DNA of 64,000 nucleotides from Octopus sinensis (Eukaryota): the NCBI RefSeq assembly GCF_006345805.1, contig NC_042999.1, forward strand, positions 117,676,001 through 117,740,000, in the 5' to 3' direction. Every line of letters begins with the position of its first letter. The first letter of the stretch is position 1. Below, in pieces: positions 23,430 through 36,296 of this stretch. The translations under genes and the position numbers were made by a program. Below the pieces are notes generated by a model. The model saw only the letters and a program-made list of their open reading frames with translations. It did no database searches and was not told where the DNA came from.

Positions 23430-26081
23430 GAGAATAAATCAGCCGAAACATTGTGGTAATAACAAATAAAATGAAGACACATGTCCGTCCAATGTAAATA
23501 ATGTAAATAATGTACTGAATTCCTCATCTCTAAAATATAGAACAGTATTATCTAATCGGTACGGAACCGACATTAGACTTCAATGGGAATATACAGAGAA
23601 ACCCATCAGAAACTAGCTCGTCTTTCAAACCATCTAACCTTCCTTTGTAGATGTAGAAACTCAAAGCTAATACCCACTGGTTTGTATGTAATGTCATCAT
23701 TGTATTCAAATAAAGCCCGAAGAGTAGCGGAAAGGGCAGATTACGCCCTCATCTGTGAGAATATCCATTATAACCGTTGGAAAAACATCAACTACATAAC
23801 GAAATCAGAGACAGATAATCATTACTTAGGAAAATAACCAGTGATAATAATTGGAAGAGAATCCAACAAGCTCTACAAAAGTCGTACAAGAAAGAATTTG
23901 ATAATGTGAAGATACGACAGACTAAGAAGTTTATGACGCTCAAAGGTCAGAGAATGAAGACCGAATTCCGTCACCTACTTGTAAAAGCAGTAATTGACGT
24001 AAGAAGTTGACATCTGGAAAACACTGACGAAGCATTACTAAACAAACGTCTCAACTTTGTGACAACCGTCAAGCGCATCCAGTACTTGGACATAATAGCC
24101 CCTATTGAGGAGATAGCCATAAAGATATCAAAGCTCAGGGAGATGAACTAAGTCGGAAAGTGAGACAGGTACTAGAGAAAGTGAAACTTACCCAACCAAA
24201 CATCACTAAGAAAGAAACATTCACTATCAAAACACTGCAGAGTGACAATTCCTTTATAATACTTCCAGCAGACAAGGGCAATGCTATAGTGGTGATGAAC
24301 AAGTCTAACTATTCTGAAAAATTGGCAACTCTCGTAAGTGATGGTAGCCATAGCAAAGTAAAGAAAGACCCAACTCTGAAAACAGAGAGGATATTGTCAC
24401 AGATTTTAAACAAGAACAAGGATAATTTCATACCAATGAAATACAGAAAACTGACCCAACACTACAGTAAGCTACTACACATGTACGGTCTCCTTAAGAT
24501 TCACGAGGATGGTATTCCATTAAGACCCATAGTGGATGTAGAGGTTCGCCATGTCATCCATTGAATCAATCCATTAGCAGAAAAGTCAACATCATATCTA
24601 AAGAATTCCACCCACTTCACAGAATTGATCAAGGATACTCCCATTGGATCCAACCAGATGGTAAGTCTAGATATGATAAATATGTACACAAAAGTCTCAA
24701 CTGATGAAGCACTATCAGTAATTCAAGGAAAACTAGTGATAGACACCTGTCTAAAAAATCGTACTGATATACCACTGGGAAACTTGATGGAAATGTTGAA
24801 CTTCTGTGTAGAAACTACCAACTTCAGAATAGATACTGAGATATGTCGACAGGATGAGAGTTTAGCTGTGGGTTCGCCATTATCACCAGTAATAGCCAAT
24901 ATATACATAAAATACTTTGAGAATTTGGTTTTAGGATCATACTCTGGCCCCACCAGGAAGATTTCCAGGTACTGCTAAATCTTGAGAACTCAATAAAGCC
25001 ATCCATAAAGTGCACAATGGAAAAGGAAAAGACTATCAGCTAACATTCCTGGATGTATTAATAACATGCACTAAGCAGAGTTCAGGGCATCCGTATACCG
25101 CAAGCCAGCCTCCACTGGACGATACCTCGACTTCATTTCCCACCATCCACACTGTGTAAAGAGAGGGGTTGCTCAATGCCTAAAACATCGAGCAAAGAAT
25201 ATAAGTAGCGATCCTGATACTCATAACGAAGAGATGATTAAGCTAAGTAACAATCTATTAAGCAACAACAACCCCACCAAAACATACTATCTATTGCAAT
25301 TAGGAAGTGGATGGGAGGATGAAACCCATAAACTGACCACAGTCTGCCTACACTATATGAATGGCCTCTCGGAAAAGATATAAACGATACGCGGTCGATA
25401 TGATATAAGGACGGTATTCAAGAGTAATACAACACTTTGCAAATATCTCTTTCGAGTAAAACCACCAATAGAAGATAATATGACCAAAGACTACGTGTAT
25501 TCCATCCCATGCAGTTGTGGTAGGTTATACAAAGGAGAAACATGCTGCCCACTCAAAATTAGGGTAGAGGAACATCGCAAAGCTGTGACATGAAGAGGCG
25601 TTGAAAAATTGGGTATAGCTGATCATGTATGGAAAAGCGGTTGAAGTTAAAATAATAGACAGAGAACACCACTGGAAAATACGAAAACTAAAAGAGGCAG
25701 TACAAATGATAGGACACAACAACCTCCTAAGCAGACTAGTGCAGATATGAGTAGAATACGGGAACCGGTATTAAGGAAGGATACCAAAATATTAGGTTTG
25801 TAAGTCTTAAAATTCATTCTATAAATGCCCACGGGCATATCACATAATGATTAAGTGCACAGGCAACTAACCTCAATATTGCGAGTTCAATTTCAGGCGG
25901 TGCCTTGAATGAATAATAACATCAGCAAAAAAAAAGACCTCAGTTATGAGAGCCCAGGGTTGGGTTCAAGTTCTACTAGGACACCTGATGAAAGTTGGAG
26001 AGTAAATCAGCCCAAACGTTGCGGTAACGAAAACAAAAAAAGATAAGATGGGGACACACATCCGTCCAATGTAAATAATGT
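23430..26081 (+). mobile_element. Penelope-like element (Poseidon-type), near full length, degenerate
   Basis: RT motifs ILPADKGNAIVVM, MYGLLKIHEDGIPLRPIV, LAVGSPLSPVIANIY; thumb YRKPASTGRYLDF..HHP; GIY-YIG VYSIPCSCGRLYKGET..LKIRVEEHRK; terminal direct repeats 23430-23504 and about 25999-26081. Confidence 0.9.
25981..26024 (+). ncRNA. Decayed hammerhead in the PLE 3' pLTR
   Basis: ACAC-CTGATGA-A-AGTTG...CAGCC-CAAA-CGTT. GAAA is mutated to CAAA here but retained in the 5' repeat (23445-23448). Confidence 0.6.
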
Positions 26082-26339
26082 GAAGATTACGGTGATGACA
26101 ACCACTAGACTGATGATGTTAGTAAAAGCAGTAGTAGCGATAAGAGAATGAAAATAACATAGATTTAGTAAATTGATATTTATTGCATTTTAATTGTTAA
26201 TTAAATTATCCTTATTAACACAATAGAATCACCTCTAAGTAACAATGGAATATCCAATGTTTATGAATAAATGAAAGGTATTAAGTAACTTTCCAATAAG
26301 ATAGCACACCGATTTATCTCACAGACAATGCACTGAAAA

Positions 26340-26700
26340 CACAATTATAGTTCAGATAGGTGACCACGAACTTCGCTGCAATGAGTTCTCAGCAGCCTTA
26401 ACGTTTTCCCGTACAAAGTACTCCTCCTTTGAATGATACTTGCAGTGCATTTCAAGGAGATTGCGTACTTTTATGTCAGTTTTATTTATCTCATTGAAGG
26501 ACCATTTTATGATGTTAAAACTGCAGATCACAATATATATAACTAGAGTATTGATATCATCAATCTTGCTTCTCGCATTAAGTTCTCTTTTGGGAAATAG
26601 TTCTAACCCAATAATAACATTCTGAACGTATTTTCTCGCGCATTTCTTGGTGCTAGATTCCATAATACTCATACACATGTAAACTAGTATTTATAGTTTT
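26340..26700 (-). pseudogene. Old R4-clade RT-thumb fragment
   Basis: KRELNARSKIDDINTLVIYIVICSFNIIKWSFNEINKTDIKVRNLL aligns to KTELNAKNKIIGINTLAVPVISYS..ILNWTRNELSKIDRKTRKIM of copy 1. Confidence 0.8.
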
Positions 26701-27829
26701 ATCAACATTTACTTCTATGTTGTGCGTTTTCACGAGAAGTAACACTAAATACAAGTTAATTACCGGGGCTGTTAGCATATAAATATTTAGCACCAGAGAA
26801 TATCTTATCATCGACACCAAACTCGAACCTTTGACATCACTGGTCATTCTCGAATTTTCTATCACCTCAGTAATATGTGATCTTCACTGTGTCCATGTAA
26901 CAATCGATATTGTTCACTATTAAGAATTTAAATAGCTTTCCAGCGTTAACTCGATATAATCTCATTCTCTTTCATACTAATCGTTTTATTTCTCAAGAGA
27001 AAGTTTTGCTGTCTTTGTTTCCACAGACTGAGCTATCTTGGTTCAAATTAATTTAATAAGAAAAGCGCAGCATTCTATGTGTCACAGCTGGAAGATTCGA
27101 TACAATGTCGGTTACAAATAAATATACTTAACACGTATTTACTCTATCTTTCCTATTAGCAAAAGGCTATTGTGAGCAAGACAACTGTTGTTAGCATCAG
27201 AATGATATGATTAAATTTAATTCACACATAGGTAACGTTTGTAGGAGAAAAAGGAAACATTTAAAATAAATCTGTCCTAGTATATTACCGTCTTTTTAAT
27301 TGACTATAGACTAGGGGAAGTTAAATGGAACTCTAAGTGCTTTCAACATAAAGAAAAACAACGGAATAGTTAAATTAAATTATTACACCGTTCCTGCCTA
27401 CTCTTAGGTAGAGTGGCACTTAGTGTGTAGAAGAAATAATTGAATAACGTTTACACTGGGCAACCTCTACTATTAAATTAACATCTTTGATAGTGTTCCT
27501 TAAACAATTATTTACAAGAGAAACACGCATCAACGCCGTCGCCGTCGTCGCTGCCGCCGCCGACGTTGTCGTTGTGAGCGTTGTCGTTATCTTTGTCGTC
27601 GCTGCTGTCGTTGTCAACGCCATCCTTATCTCCAGCATTATACTTTTCTCTTTCACATACATGTATCTCATTAGTTACTAAATGTATTTATCTCGTATTT
27701 TGGTTTATATTCATGGGTATGTTTTACGTATTCTCTGGAGGAACCCTGCGTTCTCCTTGTCTATTAGTGTCAGCCGTTTGATCAAAAGATATCCCACTTA
27801 TCTTGTTAAATATTATCTTCCTTATGTGT

Positions 27830-28310
27830 TATTGGGATTGGCCTATCAATGAAACTGTATTTATCTGAGTGGTTAAATAATTGTTTTGATGAAAATGAGC
27901 CTGTTTACCTGATGAATGAAACGTTGATTGGTAAATAAAAGATTGCCTGACTGATGACTTATATTGTTTGAATGATGGTAGTAACGTTAGCTGATAATTA
28001 CTAGGTTGTTTCATTTATGATAGTAAAGTTACTTGGTTGAAGGTAACGTTTGTTTGATTCATGAATGTGAAGTTGTTTGAGTGATCAGTGTAAGGGTATT
28101 TGATTGATGACTGAAAGGCTGTTTGAATGATAAATGTAAGGTTATTTGATTGATGAACATAAACTTGTTTGACTGAACATCGTAAAGGTATTTCATTGAT
28201 GACTATTAGCTTGTTTGATCAATGTAGCATTATTTTTATGATTGATGGATATTGCTTTACGGATACCAGTTATTTTTTTCATGACTATAAAGTTATTTGT
28301 TAATCTTGTA
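27830..28310. repeat. Degenerate minisatellite-like tract (GTTTGATTGATGAA-type motif)
   Basis: Recurrent TTGTTTGA/TTGATGA words at irregular 20-35 bp spacing. Confidence 0.5.
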
Positions 28311-28340
28311 GTGTATGCCAGTTTCGGTAAATAATAATAA

Positions 28341-28552
28341 CTAGCGGGACCCGTAAATATTTCACGGAACCCTATTAGATTATTTCTGAAAACCTAAATC
28401 CCCAAAACTTGAAAACGTAGCCTGTGTTGTGTCTATATGGAAAGATAGACTCTCATCTGCTACTCATTGAAAAGTGAAAGAAATTGGTATACGATGATTA
28501 CTTAATGCACTTCATATATACGCTTTACATACTTTATGCACAATTTTATAGA
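28341..28552 (-). mobile_element. Possible second non-autonomous Helitron family
   Basis: Minus-strand CCGTGAAATATTTACGG hairpin, 6 nt, then CTAG|T; putative TCTATAAAATTG 5' end (preceded by G rather than A). Confidence 0.45.
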
Positions 28553-28898
28553 CTTAATAAAATAAATATTAACTCTTATTTTTCCATTTTCTCCATAAAC
28601 AGAAAAAAATTACATTTTAAAATGTACATGGTCACAGTTTCATATATAAAATACAAAAATTTTATAGTAAAAAAAAATATTTTATATGTAAAATATAGGG
28701 GTCACAATTTCACAGGGGTAAAAATTTAGTGTAACATGGCGTACTCTGATATCCACATCGTTGGTAACTTGAAAGCTAAGGCGATGGGTCAGAACCAATA
28801 CACATTTTAATTTCTAGGCGATATATAAAAAACTTTTTTCAATTAAAAATAAATTACTTTTCACTATGCACTCCCCACTGCCACCACCACCATCATCA

Positions 28899-28947
<49 letters not shown>

Positions 28948-30769
28948 GCTTTCCTTTAATCTCACCATCAGAACATCACCCATCAGCTAAAATTATATGC
29001 TTAACTCTCCCCTATATCACTACCTTCAACTAACTTTTTTAACCGAGTAATAAATATCACGTTCCCCCTACCACATGTCATGGACGCTTCTCTCTCCGTC
29101 ATTTCTCTTTCCCTCTTTTTCTTTCTCTCTCTCTTTTTCTGCCTCACTTCACCTCATCCTATTTTTCTCTCTCTCTCCCTCTTTTCTTTCGCTCTCTCTT
29201 TTTCTCTAATCACGTGAAAGCGTTACGGATGAGCTCAGTAACGTAATGACGAGTAGCATTATTATAAGATACAAATAGGTCAAGTAGTGGAATAAATTGC
29301 ATATCAAGTGGTGGTGAAGAGGAAGTAAAAAAGCGTAGAAGATTCCATTGGGTCGAGGTAAATTGTTTATGAATGACTGAATAAGTTAATTTGATTACTG
29401 TAATATTATGCAGTAAATGAACGATTGTTTAATAGATACAATATTGTTGGATGCGTGTTATTTGGTGGATATATACTTCTATGTTATTATGTCCAACCTT
29501 ATTACTTATTTTTAAGCCTAGTCTTATACTGTCATCTTCAAGAGCAATAATCTTTCATTTTGCAAAATAATGACTATTTTAAAAACGAAAGTGCTGGTAG
29601 TTACTTCTAAAACCCTGTAAATAAAGCAGAAAAATATATAAATAGACACCAGAACAATACGTCTCTGCATTGTACATATTTTACGGCAGCATTCTACCCT
29701 CCAGAACGAGATAACCTCAACATATACGTGTTATATAAGGAAAGAAAGAAAATAACCTTGGCTCTTGATCTAAAAATTAACTATGAACCTCTACACACAT
29801 AGTAATTTGATAAGATACATTCGCTAAGTCAAAAATATATCTGAGTATCTAACATATAAATAGAAAGGTTTCAAGAAAGAAAAGAAAAAACCTACAAACA
29901 ACTGACAAAGAAAAAGAAATCAGGTAGTAATAAGAATTCAAAGAGCGAAAATACAAACGTTAAAGCATATAATACTGGAAACATTATTGACGAAGATATA
30001 CTTTGTACAAGCAGAACAAGCAAAATAACTAATAAAACACAAAGCATCAATCTAGCATAGCTTCATATCAATGACCAACAAAAGTCGAACGGCAACTACA
30101 AAACCTCGAATATGAGCAAAAGTGAATATGGGAACAGAGAATTCTAAAGAGGTAAATTTAGAATATGTCCATAATGTAATGGGAAAAATGATTTAAGAAA
30201 TAAAATCTATAGAGTTTCCATCGGATCAAATAAAAAAATTCAGTCTAAGTATAAAACATATGTAAAAATGCAAAATTGATCATATTCGAGCATCTATATT
30301 ACCATAATACATTATGCTGTAATCAATTAAAAAACAAAGCTGGTTCTACATTGCAACACATCATACAGAAATATGAATGCTGAAGCAGACAACATGGGAA
30401 ACTAACTTACAGAGAGAGATAAAATAATGAATTAAAAGAACACTCGGTCCAGAAAACAAATACAAGAAAATGTGACGACAGAAATATAGCATAGCAAACA
30501 TAATGTAGCTGATATCAAATATAGAAAAGAGATCTTTTCTAAATTGCCAAGAATTTATAATGAAAACAGCAATTATTTGAACAATGCAAACGAGTCTACC
30601 CCAAACCAAGGCAATTTTATTAAAAGCTATATAAAAAACAATCATTGCAGTCCTACTTTCAAGGCAAGTATAAAAACCTGTGATGGATTATGAACAGCAA
30701 TGTGATTGCTACTGTCAACAATGCAAGTCATATGCAGCACCTGAACAAAGAAACAAAAGCAAAAAAAAT

Positions 30770-32240
30770 AACTTGAATGGATTAAGAAGTGATATAATCA
30801 CAGATTTCTGGCTAAAATATTCTTCTAGAATACAGAAAGTGTAGGCGATATATTTACTGCTTTGTTGAAAGATAAAAAGACAAAAGTTGATCTTCGCACA
30901 TAGAGAGAAATAAAGCCACAATACTACCCAAAGCGAAAACTAAATAAAAACCAGTGAATCTCAAAGGCAATGAACCCATAACCTTTCTGCCTTAAGAATA
31001 CAAAGCCTTAGCTACAGTAACAGCTCGAAGAATATCGTACTTGACCAAAAGTAACAACTTACTTCCACTTCCTGAAGAAGATAAAAGATAATCGATCACT
31101 TATTCTTTTATTCGTTTCAGTCATTTTGACTAGGACCATGCTGGAGCATCGTCTTTAGTCGAGCAAATCGACCCCAGGACTTATTCTTTGTAAGCCTAGT
31201 ACTTATTCTAACGGGCCTTATGCTGAACCGCTAAGTGACGGCGACGTAAATACACTAGCATCAATGTCAAGCGATGTTGGGACACACACACACACACACA
31301 AACATATATATACACACACACATACATACATATATACGATGGGCTTCTTTCAGTTTCCGTCTACCAAATCCACTCATAAAGCTTTACTCAAGGTGCCACG
31401 CAGTGGGACTGAACTTGAAACCATGTGGTTGGTTAGCAAGCTACTTACCACACAGCCACTCCTGCGCCTATAAAAACTTGTTGATAAAAAAAAAACAATA
31501 ATCAAAGGCTATAAATTAAAAAGATGTATATGAACGTGGCATATAGCGATTACGAAAAAGCTTTTCATACTGTCCGCACGCACGATTCTAGTGACATATT
31601 TGCCAAATCCGTAGGCTTCAATAATAAGCAGGTATGTCACACATGCCGTGAATAAATAGTAAACAATTCTAGTAATAAAAACAAGAAAGAAATAAAAACA
31701 AATCTTAAGAGAGTATTCCTAAGACACCGTTTCTCTCAACTAGTTGTCTGCTTTACGTTAACAGATTGGACTCGAGTACAAATGCTCGAATACAAACGCA
31801 AACACTTACAGAAGGACAATCAGCCATGTGTCATAAATGGATGACGCCGAATTGTACGATGCTTTTGAAACACTATTATTGTCAGTACTCTTTCGGTCTA
31901 GAAACATGTGCCAAGATAACGTTGAAGATAGGAAAGTTAATAAATATCATTAAAATGTTATACAAAGAAATAGAAATAAAAGAATTAAACCAAACGTACT
32001 GACAAAAAACATGAGCTTCATGAACTACACAGAGTGCAATGCATAGAAATAATAGAAAAGTTTAGGAAGGAATATTACGTACGAAATTAAATTATTATTT
32101 AAAACAGCTGCATGCAACATATAAAGTAATAGACAGAAAGACTCTAGTTATCTACTAAGAAATTGAATTTACTTCCCAACTAAGTAGTGAAGTAGCAAGA
32201 CTTGACAGAGTAATAGCGAAAATAACGGCATCTTGAATAC
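30770..32240 (+). pseudogene. Ancient R4-clade RT, split by a SINE; may extend upstream to about 29900
   Basis: Colinear motif remnants: FWLKY (30806), DYEKAF (31548), ISHVS*MDDAELY (MDD at 31837), FGLETCAKITLKIGKL (31892). Confidence 0.72.
31104..31469 (-). mobile_element. tRNA-derived SINE, family B, inserted in the ancient R4 copy
   Basis: Head AGGCGCAGGAGTGGCTGTGTGGTAAG with B-box-like AAGTTCAGTCCC, internal (GT)n, CR1-like tail; internal deletion versus the other copies. Confidence 0.88.
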
Positions 32241-32394
32241 ATCGCTCAAAATATTTGCAACCTTGACCAACCGGAATCTAAAAGAAGATGGCTATGAATT
32301 TTCTGAAGCCTAGCTGAGATGGTTACTGATTAGCTTTTGAAAAAGTTAGGTTCAAAAATCGCGTCGTTTATCGTACTTGACTAGGATCGCTACC

Positions 32395-32655
32395 ATTGGC
32401 TTGGCGATATCAAATCCTCTATGGAGAGTACCGGTAAAATTCCGGTTCACGAAACAAGAACAGTGCAGCATTTATTCTGAAGCATGATATACTTAAATCT
32501 ATTGACAACTTTCTGTTTCTAAATGATCGCCAAAGGCGACAAAGTTCACCTTATCAATTTTTACGCCAAAAGTATGGATCCTGATTTCATTAAAGTCAGA
32601 GAAGTCTGCGAACATTCAATTATCTGTGATGACATTTATTACGCGGTTGACTAAA
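32395..32655 (+). pseudogene. Possible APE-endonuclease remnant of an L1/RTE-type LINE
   Basis: AAFIL..., DR, LINFYA (32553) and IICDDI (32619) resemble the G.AIL, DR, INxYAP and I+GDFN motifs in the correct order. Confidence 0.4.
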
Positions 32656-35600
32656 AGTTATTCGTAGAAATGGCCCTGATCATTGCAGTGGTAGTGTGAT
32701 GTATCTTTGCTCAAAATGTTCAACAATTCATGAATTAATCACAACAGGTGTTATTTCTCTGCGAAATCTGTATTAGTATGACAATACTTCTATCTAGGAT
32801 TGTTCTCCGATATGTCCTCCTATATGTCATATGAAACGTAGTTTTTGACGTCCTTAGAGCCATATTTAGGAAAAAAAAGTAATTTATGTTTACATTACTA
32901 CTGATTTTACTACTTTCAGTTGAATTGGGAAACCTTTTACTGGTCAAAACGTCGAACGGTTTTCTAGCTTTTGCACTGGATTTGGACTGGTCTTATAGTC
33001 TTGAAGATGCCTTGGTTTTGCTATTTACCTCTATACATTAATTTGTTATCACTTTTCCTGGCAGGGTGGCACGTCCGGGGCTCCTATAATTTCATTTGAC
33101 CTTCGCAATTTTGATTCATCCGTAACTCAGTTGTGGACAATATATAAAATTTCTTGTACTACGGGTAACAGCTAATGCGGGTATGTTGTTTATCTCGATT
33201 TCACCAATGTCCTTAATTCTGTGGCGGACAGATATCTTTTGGTGAAACTCAGCAACAATCATCAGAGCTAAGCTTTATGGCTGATGTCTTTCACACTTGA
33301 TCATGGAACATACGTCATGTAGTGCTAGGCTAGCATTATGTAATAAATGTTGTTGTTCGAAGCATATAGTAACCAAATATATGCTAGCATGAAAATTGCT
33401 AAGTTAAAATACACAAGGCTTATCATGAAATAGATGAAAACGGATTCTACGCAATAGATTACTGAACACCAACTTAAATAAGCTCTAGGCAAGTGAAAAC
33501 CAAATCCCACAATTTACTATTATCTCCGTGTTAGCGCGTCCAGTTTATTATCAGCAACAAGCTAACCTAAAACGACTAGAGTTCTCTCAGAGTCACTCAG
33601 TAAAACCTTTGCAGCTGTTTGTCGGTCATCTATTTAAAGCTGAATTTCACAGATGCATCTCCTGTCTGGAACATACACGGTGTGTAGAGTATAGATCTAT
33701 TGTAATCTGTTTAAAAATGTGACTACAGGAAAGGATTTTGTCAATTACTTATCAATCAATGTCTTGTTATTTTAAACATCGACATTCTAGCCACTGACTT
33801 GGTAGTGATCTACGAGGCTATCCAATATCGATACTCCGACAACTTTGAACACATTTTAAATGTAATGTCTCCACCATTGAATTGTACTCAAGAAATCAAA
33901 GCGCAGTGCTGCATCTATAAATTTCGGAAACAATTTTTATACTCAGAATTTTTGAAGTGGAGATCAATGTACACACGGCAATCGTTAATTGTTACCTAAC
34001 TGCAATCATTCAAAAATTTTATGCTTGCTAAAATCCATTAGATATTCTTCTGACTTGCCTATTTTCTCTTTTTCACAAGGCAGTATGACTCTCCCCAGAC
34101 ACAACAAAACCTTTTTAATCTTCACCTTTTATGTTTTGTTATTTCTTCTTGGTTTCTTTTCATATCCATTTAGCTAGTGTTACCATTTTCTTGATTTATC
34201 TTGCCGTTGCTTTATTTTCTTTTTTACCCCTTTTTAACTAGTTGTAATGCTCCTGAGTACCGTATAAATAAGCACGATATTACATATAAACTATAACCCA
34301 GAAATGTATTTACACTAATACAGTAAGTTACGTGTCTTTATGAACTAGAACATCATAAAATACTTGCTGTAGGGAATAGAAAGTATAAGGTCAAGAATAT
34401 AATAGAACTGATATAGATAGCTATAAAAGATGCTATTTTCTGTTCCTATTTTCATGCGTTTCAGAATAAATTATATCTCTGTCTTTCAATACATCTCAAC
34501 GCTTCTAAAGTAAAGTTTGTTTACTTTCAACGTAAATTAAATCTGTCTATTTACCTATCAGTTTGTATGTATATATACTGACATACAAAGTTCTGTACAT
34601 AGAGATAGCCTGAGCGTAAGGATTGAAAACATAAATAGTTCATGATAATCAGTGCCTTGAGACAACACATTTATAGAGACTTTATATGTATTGTGGAGTT
34701 TGTTTCAAATCTGTGCGCTTTGATACCAAATCTCACCCCAGTCAGCTTTGTTTTTCATCATTTCGTGATCTATGAATAAAGTACCAGTTCAATACTGGAG
34801 CCGATTCTTCTTTTGACTTTCTCCACTCTCTCTCACTCTCTTTCACTCTCTCCCCCCTCTCTCTCTCTCCCTGCCTATCAGGAGCTTGGCTGTAATTTAA
34901 AATATCTGACTGACTCCTATTGACGATTACGCAAAACCTACATGTAACTGGAAAATTCAACTGATCATTTGCATGGGATGTATTCAGTTGCACGAGTAAG
35001 CTAATTCCCACCGTTGAAGCTGATGAATAATCACATTTAATGAATCGACAATAATTAAAATGACATACGTAAAATACAAGAACTCCAAACCGAGACCTTG
35101 ATTTAACTGATATATACGTACACACGCAAATCCTCACGCGCACACACAATACACACACACACACACGCACGCACACACACATATATATACATACGTTAAC
35201 AAGCAAATGAATGACAGCGACTTCAAAATTTCGGCCCGCTAATTTTTCACTGACTCTACGTATGTGGACATAAAATGCCTGCCATAAAATCTGTGCATAG
35301 AGCAAATATTAAAACAATACAGAGAAGTTCTAATTTTTTTATCGAACCATTGAGAGAGCCTCTAAATGGCTGATTAAAATTGGCAATCATATTTCCCTGG
35401 AATTTCAGTTTGGGGATAAAACAGTCCTGAACTCTCTGGCCATAGGAAAAGAGCAGGATGCTTACAGCTGGAATGTCTTTTATCACAGTCTATTCGATCA
35501 TATATAACCTGGAGCTATGCAACAACAATAACAGCGACGACGACGACAACAACAACAACAACAATAACAATAGCATCCTTTATCAGAAAAGAAAGGGCAA

Positions 35601-36254
35601 CGCCTATGACCTTTTGCAGAGCTCTCGATAGAAGTAGCAAAGACAGCATTCTTGAATCTATTCAAAGCCTCTATTGCTTGAGAGAGGAAAAGATGAAAGG
35701 ACTAAAGACTGGGCCGAATGTTTGCAACAGAATGGACAATATTAGAAGCACTTAAAGTAGAAGTAGTAATGTTAAATTGGTGACATTTAAGACATTAAAC
35801 AAAAGCAGAAACAATCCCTCCGACTGGCTTCGGAGAAGTCTACTCCTACTAAAATTCTCTCACAAAGATTCACTCACCCCAAGTAATACTTACTTATCAA
35901 GCTGCAGTGAAATGGGATTGATTAAAATCGACGTAGTTGTGAAGCGAACTACAGGAACACAAGATGTCTGCTTACTTCCAATGAAACGCGATTTTATCAT
36001 GGGAAAGTATGATTATATAGACACAGCAAATTGAAGAACAACATCGTCACTAGCAATGAAATTTAGAGGCAACTACATTGTCAAATATATGCAGATATAT
36101 TCTAAACACAAACACGATATCAGAAATCGATATAAATATTTCAAAGAAATGTATACGCATCGTACTAAAACAGCACGCTGTATTTCTCCGCATATTAAGT
36201 ACAAACAAAACATGGGCACATATACACGCGTATACAAGCACACAAATGCACACA

Positions 36255-36296
<42 letters not shown>

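Noticed and set aside
27905-27925. CTGATGA-AT-GAAACGTT
   Set aside because: No stem II; lies in a TGA-rich degenerate repeat.
29218-29246. CGTTAC-GGATGAGCTCA-GTAACG hairpin
   Set aside because: Only 6 bp and no recognisable RNA family.
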